NCBI GenBank assembly: GCA_013115145.1 | Contig: JAAPAO010000168.1 | Coordinates: 1-58,928, forward strand | DNA length: 58,928 nt | Source: Perkinsus chesapeaki ATCC PRA-425 | Taxonomy: Eukaryota > Protista > Perkinsozoa | Reading direction: 5' to 3' | Notes under the pieces: generated by a model | The model's input: only the letters and a program-made list of their open reading frames with translations | What the model was told of the DNA's origin: nothing | Database searches by the model: none | Shown here: one piece after another, positions 25,601 through 34,078 of the stretch | How positions within the stretch are numbered: the first letter of the stretch is position 1 | How the letters are laid out: each line of letters opens with the position of its first letter | Program-made: the position numbers and the translations under genes

Positions 25601-25829
25601 CATCTCGGTTCTCAGGGTTACCAGGACCAGGCGATAGGATGATAATACTGTAATCCGAAAGGTTTATATGATGATGATCTTTATCATCACATTTAATTTC
25701 ATCCACATTATCTACACCTAAGATACCTTGAAAAATATCTTTAAGATTATGTGTATATGAATCGTAATGATCAACCAAGAGGCATCGGATAGAAGACTGC
25801 TGCTGTTGATGTTGGAGGCCTATGGTCAT
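22676..25829 (-). CDS. pabABC: Trifunctional pABA synthesis protein: GATase (PabA) + ADC synthase (PabB) + ADC lyase (PabC)
   Basis: GVCLGHQ and HPES (GATase); PIKGT, ENLMIVDLVRNDL and SMTGAPK (PabB); LFETM, HKTT, NERGEVTETSIAN and CGLLPG (PabC). A 43-nt intron at 22727-22769 restores the C-terminal CFNSVRG. Confidence 0.92.
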
Positions 25830-26012
25830 GGGGTAGGGGGGTTATACTAATAATAATGAGGACCAATACAGCAATTGCAATCCCCACCTGGAGGGCTCAA
25901 CGCAAAATATGGTAATGAATCTGTATGAGCGTTTATCTAAAAAAGGTGTCCCGCTCTTCTTCTTCTTCCTCCTATGTTGATCTCCACCATTCATCAGCTA
26001 TCTTATATCATC

Positions 26013-27496
26013 CTAGAAGGTGTTCCCTTGGTCAGTTGTAATCCAACCTCTTTTATATGTATCAGGTGGATAAAATGTAGATGACATTGCCCTAAAGTAT
26101 ACTAGTAATGATGACAGTAGCCCTTCCCCCTACCATCCGGTCTTGGTTGCATACATCTCAAAAACTGCCCACATACACCCAAGACTAATAATAACCAATA
26201 TTATTTGTAGAGTGGCTAATCAACAAGATAATACCTCCCCATGATGATGATGCCAAATGATTCTACTTACCTGATTTCTTACTCCCTTGAAAATACTTAA
26301 CATTAGGCAACCTAACTGCTATCAACATACATACACCAGATGCTACCATCATTAATGATGCTGCCAAACCTTCACCAAGGTATTGTCCACGCATCTGATA
26401 GAATAACTCTAAGTTAAGTGATATCATTAGATATTACCCCAGACATGATCCATTCAGGATTACCTTTAGAATCTTTACCATGTAAAATCATACCCTGTAA
26501 AATATTGAAAAATATACCAGACATCGAGACGAACTAAATATAACATACGTGGCAAGCACCTCGCCAGCTTCCCATATATGACCTCAATGCAGAGTGCTAC
26601 AATAGCACATGTAATTGGCCAAGTCCTCGCAGAGTAGATACCAAAAATACCAGCTGCTACCAATAAGACAGCTCCAAAAGCCATTTTAAGGGCACCCTAC
26701 AATATACCCACAACAATACTACTACCGTATAGGGTAGGTGTTATTAAGCTTACAGATAACCTTTCATTTCTGGTCTTAAAAACCTTAACATCTTGGCCTG
26801 TCTTCTTATTTATCCATTCTAATATGTCAGCTGCCGAATGATCATATTTGGTTATAGGGAAGGAATCTTTAAGTGCTAAAGCACCAGATTTCTTCTTTTT
26901 AGTCGACTGTCCAGCTTTCTGGCTCAAATGTGCCTGTTTGATTTCTAGTATATACTAACCCTTATTCCAACCGTTATTACCAGAATTGGTACAGACTTCA
27001 ATTCATGAACCCTTTGCAACTCACTGTTGGTATAGGCATCGATAATACCAAAAAATACAGGCTTTCCATCAGCAACCATCTTGTGACCACCAACCTAAAC
27101 AAGAGTATATGTGATTGCATTATAAGTAACTATTACAGCATAATATGATAGAGATGCTCTATCAAATGCTCTTTCAAGATTTGGGCATACTCTACATACT
27201 CCAGCATTGGCAGTTAATAGAATAAATAAATGATAGGGTTTAGGCTCTGTTAATACAAACTCCTTATAGCCTGTTATATTAAACTTGATTACGGATGATC
27301 TAATAATGGACATTAATTATTATACTATATATTATTATTACAGATCAAAGCTGTTATAATAGGCATTTTCACTTAGTTCGATTAGTTGAGATATTTTCCC
27401 ATCAGACCCATCATCTGACCCATAAACGAATGTTGACCACGTGAGGAGATAAAATGCAGCAGTTATGGAGCAGCCCATTAACTTGAAATGCATCAT
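26013..27496 (-). CDS. Oligosaccharyltransferase subunit OST3/OST6 (MAGT1/TUSC3 family), multi-exon
   Basis: Signal peptide MMHFKLMGCSITAAFYLLTW, thioredoxin-like CRVC, several TM segments, GQYLGEG, and a C-terminus FYPPDTYKRGWITTDQGNTF*. Confidence 0.8.
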
Positions 27497-27537
27497 AAGC
27501 CAAAAAAACTACATAATACAAGTGCGGGTGCCAAATC

Positions 27538-27583
27538 TCTGCACGCATGCGCAGACCCGAGTTCGATCCCCGGGAGCGGCACC
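27538..27583 (+). pseudogene. tRNA-like 3' half (anticodon-like stem, T-arm, GCGGCA end), no 5' half
   Basis: TCTGC-loop-GCAGA, then CCGAG-TTCGATC-CCCGG, then GAGCGGCACC. It shares GACCCGAGTTCGAT with tRNA-Gly at 29215. Confidence 0.35.
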
Positions 27584-27720
27584 GTAGATATTGGTACACT
27601 CGATGGATGATGATTAAATGCACTACTATGGGTTGGATAGTCATTAATTATCATCTGTCCGATATCCAATAACTAAACATCCTTTTATAATGAAAAGGAT
27701 TATTATTAAATAGAACATCA

Positions 27721-29010
27721 TCAATTTGTACCATCATCACTCGAGTCGTCAATCGATCCTTGACGTATAAGTGCTGTAAAAGGCATACCATCTTCACTGC
27801 TAGAATCTAATACGATAATATCAATACAACATCTAACTACAATAATACAATACCACTTAAGACCGCCGCCTCTCGACCTTCTATTGCTGATCTACCAGAA
27901 CCATTACGTGTTGCTGTGGCAACACCGTTTGATGATGATGTTGTTGTTTGCGAATTAGGTTTCATTGAAAATGTGCATCTTTGTAGATCGGTTAACTGAG
28001 GTATGCTGCAGATGGCATCACCACCACCCTGAGGACTATGTTGAGTAGAATTATTTTCATTATTTTTGTACATTTGAAGGGGCCTTTGACTGTTCCATTG
28101 CCATATATTTAACTATTGATGTTAACAGAGGTGTGGGGCTCATATCAAAATGCTCGAGAATACAACCATCGACATCTTCTGCTAGTTTACGTATAAAACC
28201 ATCATCATATAGACTATCTGTCATCAAGTCATGATCGAATAACAACATACAGTAGTTTCAACCCACTCTTGTTTCCAAATGTGATTAGCATCATAGCCTT
28301 CTCCAGAATCATTGTCGAAGTATTATTATCATCAATCTCAGTCAATGGGGTAATCTCCTCTTGGACAAACTTCAACAGTTCAGCTGGAGTCTACAAACGA
28401 CTCACATCAACGATTCACTTCATCATCATCACCCGTTCATTGCCATCCACTAGTTTCACTAATTGAGCCAACCGCAATTGTAAATGTATAAAAGGGTTAC
28501 GTATGAGTATCTAACATCTTAAATGGGTGTCAAATATCCATGATCAATCTGACCTCGGGATCGACATCATTGACCATACGCTCAGTCTTAAATGGATCAT
28601 CATCCTCCATTAGAGAACGTCGTATAGCTGCTCGCCTTCCTGGTGGTATAGATAACGGTGAGTTGAACGATGAATCTTCTTCCCCATTATGCAACATGCT
28701 CGGTGCGGAGGATGACGAGTGTGATGTATGTGTATCTGTAAGAGCATGCTACTTTGTCTGCTACCATGCCGGCGCCGCCGCTCGTCGTCTACCACAATGT
28801 ATTCTCTCGTTTGATTTAGAATCACCAAGACCTGCTTCCTTAATAAACTCCTCTGCTGCCTCACTGCGTTCAGTTACTTGAAAATAATCGAGTACTAGAC
28901 GGGCAACATCCCTACGTCAGAAAATATCAAGTCTTAGATACCAATAGTCAACATATTCTACTCTTCATTCAACTCGACACCCGCTAGCTTCTGTACCCAT
29001 TCTCGGCTGA
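27721..29010 (-). CDS. LisH-CTLH-CRA protein, GID8/TWA1-like (CTLH E3 ligase complex)
   Basis: SREWVQKLAGVELNEEDVARLVLDYFQVTERSEAAEEFIKEAGL (LisH) and RKLAEDVDGCILEHFDMSPTPLLTSIVKYMAMEQ (CRA). The start is not resolved. Confidence 0.72.
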
Positions 29011-29214
29011 AAAAGACTATAATAATATACAAAGTACATAAAGTACTCCGCTAAAATACAATGTTGAGGAGTATAACCATGCAGATCCAACTGGAAGGAG
29101 CTAATTCAACAGGCGCGTACGTTAAATCAGACTGACATATGTCACGTGCATCCGTTGGCAGGATCGGGCTGTAGTGCACCGATCGACAAAGTAAACTACT
29201 TCCAACTACTAAGA

Positions 29215-29285
29215 GCATCATTGGTCTAGTGGTAGAATACAACGTTGCCATCGTTGTGACCCGAGTTCGATTCTCGGATGATGCA
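29215..29285 (+). tRNA. trnG-GCC: tRNA-Gly(GCC)
   Basis: GCATCAT/ATGATGC acceptor stem, TGGTCTAGTGG D-loop, CAACG-TTGCCAT-CGTTG anticodon arm and GTTCGATTC T-loop. Confidence 0.97.
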
Positions 29286-29531
29286 GTGCTTTTCAATAAT
29301 AACACGTTGAATTTGTGTTACCGTTAACTCTGGCTGTCTCCTCTTGTGCAGTTGCAAAGCGCGCATGATCGGGCTCAGGCAAGGCGATATCAGATGAAGT
29401 AACGAGATGCCTGATTCCAGCTCACCTCGAGAACTTTAGCTGACCTCCAGTGGATATCCTCGGCGCAGATGGGGTTTCGTCCCACCCCGTTCCTGTTCTT
29501 AAACCTCGACGCCTAGTGATAAAAATTACTC

Positions 29532-29640
29532 AAAAAATACCCGGCCTAGAATCGAACGCGTGCCCTACCCACCTTGCCCGAGACTCTGTCATCTCTGCGT
29601 GTGCGGAGAGTACAGAGTAAGGATGGCCACGTCCAGTCAT
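29532..29640 (-). ncRNA. Possible Pol III-type small RNA (hairpin, B-box, T6)
   Basis: Inverted repeat 29583-29589/29612-29618 with an inner stem, GTTCGATTC at 29549-29557 and a T6 run at 29532-29537. No family recognised. Confidence 0.25.
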
Positions 29641-29776
29641 TGAGCGGAAAGGAATAAAACCTCCGTAAAGTAAATGGCCCCCGAGAACATCCCGAGAACC
29701 TAATACCATGTTGAATGGTTGTACAACATTAGTAATGGGCCATGCATATCGAAGAATGAAATCAATTGTAACGACA

Positions 29777-30373
29777 CTAGAAGTAATGCAACATGAGAAG
29801 AGTTAAAGGAAGGAGAGCTGCTGATGTTGGAGGGGAGTGTAATATCTTATTATAGGCGGCTGAAGGTATAGGCGAAGTCGTAGAGGGTGTATTAAAATCT
29901 ACGAAGGGGTCTTCTCTAGGAGTCGTTGTTGTTTCGGGGCAAACAACGATACTGACAATAAATGATTAATAAATAATATATTGATGGTTGCTCACCCATC
30001 AGGATCACACTTATCCCGCTGTAATAACCACCTCCAATGCTGCCCATACATTTGACAACATCTACTAGGTAGTTCCGAATATAACTGATAAAAATGTAAT
30101 GGTACAAGTAAGTTATCCTACCTTCTGGCATGACACTGAACAAGTATGACGAACCGTTACTATAGACGTAAAAAGGCATCTAAAAAGATCTCCAAGATAA
30201 TTCTCATCCTTCGGCAGCAACACTTACCCGCTGGAGCCGACCTCTAAAGTGCATTCATCTTCAATTGCATCTCCTTCCTGAGTTAGGATAACCTTAGCCA
30301 GGAAGCACCCTATTATCATTATCGGCTCATATCGTAATAGATGATACATTGATAGCACTTTATTCCGACTCAT
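29777..30373 (-). CDS. Small Cys-rich, putatively GPI-anchored surface protein (4 exons)
   Basis: Three GT-AG introns join an open frame: N-terminal hydrophobic IMIIGCFLAKVILT, 8 Cys, a Thr/Pro stalk and the tail SAALLPLTLLMLHYF*. Confidence 0.6.
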
Positions 30374-30543
30374 ATACCTTAGATTTAACAACAACACAAT
30401 ATGAATATTTGAGGTCGTCGAAACTTGTAAAGAAATGCTTGCTTAAGTTATTTGATACAGCCTATTATGAATAACTAGCCGATTGCCTATCTATTAACCA
30501 GTAAGTAGTCATCAGTTAAGTATGTAGATATTGATTCGTCAAG

Positions 30544-33500
30544 CTACAGATTCACTACTGCGTATTGATGACCGTATCTAACATTGGTGGTAGAAATGTG
30601 ATGCCATAAATAATAATTATCTACCTCGGGAACAGCATAGGTGGAGCAGGCATCCATGTATCGGATACAGGATCATATGTTTCAACCGAGGTTTGAACCT
30701 GACACCAAATCAATACCATCAACTATAATAATAATTACCTCTCCATTCTGGCCACCACCAAGTAGTATTTTATCACTGTAAACTGCAGCAGCACAGTCCA
30801 TACGGTTAACAGCTAAAATGATTTAATAATAGATTAATGCACTGAATCAGCGAGTATCATCAACGTACTGGGAGAGGCTCTGAAAGACCATCCTTTGGTA
30901 ACTTCAGAAACTCTTAATGTCTCCATTGTAGAATGAATATCTTGTTCGTTATCAATACCACCAAATGCAAAGATATTGCCAAGGTAGTTAACAGCAGCAC
31001 CGGCAGATCTCTCTTCAAGGAGGTCACACCCTTGGGCTGGCATCCATTTGTTAGCTCTCACATCATATCTATATAATAATAATGTTAGTTCTGGTGGTAG
31101 GCCCTCATTGCTTACACTTCTACTGTCCTTAATCTAGATCCTGATGTACCACCAATAGCCCATATATTGCCATCGACAGATACAGCTGAACAACTAGATC
31201 TAGGAGTGGATAATGGAGCAACTTCCATCCAATTACGCATACGGGGATCAAATCTAAATATATGAATAATGAATACATTAAGCTTATTATTATTATACAA
31301 CCCTACGCTTCAACACTTGAGAGGATATGAGTACCATCAAAACCACCAAGAGCGAATATACGTCCATCATCATATGATACACCAGCACAGTTACGTCTCG
31401 GTGTATTAAGAGACGCCTAAAAATAATACATAGTCAGACTTGTAATATAATCAAGTTAATAATCTACTCTACCCCTAACATCCATGTATCACGGAGGGTA
31501 TCATAGACCTCAGTTTCACTAAGCGCTTTGTAATCAAGGTTTTGTCCACCAAATGCATACACTCGTGAATTGGCTACGGCGCTGCCAAAATATGAGCCTG
31601 AGAAGAATACACAAGATGAGATATCGACGGCGGTGATATCATAGTGTAATGTTATTACGTTCAGTGCTCATCTGCCTACATGGCCTCCAACATTGGTTCG
31701 CCAAGTCCAAGACCTGATAGAAACACGTCTGGTGATTTATAGCAAACAAATGAAGAACCTACCTCAACTGATCGCAGATATTCATTTCCTGAGTTACCTC
31801 CGAGGGCGAACACTAATGGGAAAGGGAAGAAGCGTATCTGACAGGTCAGGAACAGTGAGAATGAATGACAATGCAAAATGCCCAGACCCAGGATCGAACT
31901 GAGGACCTCCAGATCTTCAGTCTGGCGCTCTCCCAACTGAGCTATCTGGGCTATAACTTTTCGGTGCGAAAAGAGAATAATGAACTCTTCGGAATTTTGT
32001 TTTATTTCATCTATTTCTCAAGTATTCGGACGACAAAATTGAATGCACAGCGACCACAAAACACGGTGAATTAGATTCCCTTTCCTACCCCATAAAAATC
32101 AGCTTCTCGAGCTAGCAACATCGATTCCGTAGCATCTCGTGGGCAAGGTGGAGTCTGAAAAGGAGACGCGGATGAAGTCCACTTCCAATCGATAAGAAGA
32201 AAAGAGGACTAGGCTTTAAGGTAGCATCCATGTCTCACCATAGGGTTCCTTAAAAAATTGAGAATCTGGCGGAACATCTCGGCATCCCTATCCAGGAACA
32301 CTTTACCCTGAGTTAAGAATAGAGATAAAACAACTTCCCATTTTTTATTACATCAGAGTCCTTTGGTACTTCATAACGACCCGATAACAATGCTTCCAAG
32401 AAAGAACCCTTCTGTTGGCATAATGTTTGACGCGAAGTCTCAAAAGTTGTACCTTGCGTATGAGTATGCCATTGACATGATCGGATGGTGGCTCTAAACC
32501 TATTATTACCTCCAACATTTAGAGTCACCATAGTCTCATTTGCCATGTTATGATCGATAATACGATTCTTATCGGTGTCAAACGATTTCTTATCCTAAAA
32601 TATCCAACCCTGAATATAAAAGAATGGCCTTTGGTATGGTATAACCTCATTATAAGCATCCTGCTGTACTGATAAGGCATACATCGCCTCATCTCTTTCA
32701 GACTCAAATCTCTGACGTTCATCCGCCATTTTCTGTCGAGCATCAGATCGCTCAACTTCAACCTAGAACAACCATATCTATTACTTCTGACTACCCTAGA
32801 AGATACTCCATGGATGAACTTTCCTTAACGAAATTGACAACCACATTGCAAGAATGTTAACTTGCTTTTAACTAAAACTAGAATGTTACTAAGTCATTGC
32901 AAGAATGTTAAATTTATCAGGAGCACCCAAGACGTTCCTTAATGCGCTTAAATACCCTCTACACCTTGTATCACCTGTCTAAGCTGATTCTGCATTTCTA
33001 GATCCGCCCTACGACGATCCTCCTCCTGTTTAGCAGCCTCACGTTGACGCTCTTGAACCTATACCATGCCGAGTAAGCTCATCCATAATACCATTTGAAC
33101 CCAATATTACAAATTGTTCCCATACACGACGCTTCTCATCCTCGAAGTCTTGTCTACTCGAGTGTAGTTCATCTCTTTGTCGAACCAACTAATTAGGGCA
33201 TTAATATTACGTATCCATGGTTTAATAATACCTCGAGCTCAGTCTTTTTGAGCCACCCTATGAAAGTCCTTCTTAAATCCCCAACTAACCCCTCAAAGTC
33301 ATCGCCTAAGATAAACCAACCTCATTATAACAAAGCCTCTCCTAGTGTTTCCCCGTTTATTTGAGGTTCTATGTATTATTATTACCAGCATTATTAACTC
33401 CATTTTGACTAGGGGCATCAGATCTTACTGTACTAGGTGGTATGCCGCCATCACTCTGCGGTCCTCCTCCTTGTGTTGGTGTAACATCTGTATGTATACT

Positions 33501-33834
33501 ACTACCACCATCATCCATCGGTGGTGTGGCCTTAGGAGCAGCAGCAGCAGCAGTAGGACCTCTACCACCTTTACGTGGTGGGGCAGCTTTTGGAGGAGCT
33601 GGATCAGGCTCCTCGAATGCTGGGAAATCAGCACCAAAACTATCTGCTGGTGTAACATCTGATAATATATTATACCTTATATATTATATATATTATACCT
33701 TCTGGAGTTGGTATAGCTGCAGCAAATACTGCCCCAATACCCCCAGGTGGATCGTTGGATGCAATACTACTACTCCTCACTGCCTTATTACTTCCTGCCT
33801 TGGATGTTGAATCTCCACTTTGCTTCCGAGGCAT
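30544..33834 (-). CDS. K13: Kelch13 orthologue (coiled-coil, BTB, Kelch propeller), multi-exon
   Basis: VTLNVGG, FETSRQTLCQQKGSFLEALLSGRY, VFLDRDAEMFRQILNFLRNP, FPLVFALGG, YFGSAV, DYKALSETEVYD, TPRSS and GGIDNE, ending YGHQYAVVNL*. All are co-linear with recalled Plasmodium K13. Confidence 0.92.
31879..31951 (-). tRNA. trnF-GAA: tRNA-Phe(GAA), inside a K13 intron
   Basis: GCCCAGATAGCTCAGTTGGGAGAGCGCCAGACTGAAGATCTGGAGGTCCTCAGTTCGATCCTGGGTCTGGGCA forms a full 73-nt cloverleaf. Confidence 0.97.
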
Positions 33835-34078
33835 AATTAACAATAAAAAGATACCCTAATGGAGACCTACTCTATATGTTAATAGTTATAAGCATCATCC
33901 ATCAAATAGGTAGACAAGCTCGTGCATTATGCTGCTACTACTGCGCGGGGTCAACAAACGTTGAGAGGACACAAGTTGGCATAAGATAGCAAGATTGTCT
34001 ATTGGCAACCACCGAGTAAATACGGTTTTTTAAGGTGATGTTATTACTCGAAAACTGGATGTTTGTGGTAGGCCCCTT

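Noticed and set aside
26905-26930. Partial spliced-leader-like TCTGGCTCAA (also ACCGTAG at 27581)
   Set aside because: Short partial matches. The first is antisense to OST3/6 coding sequence, and neither precedes a same-strand gene.
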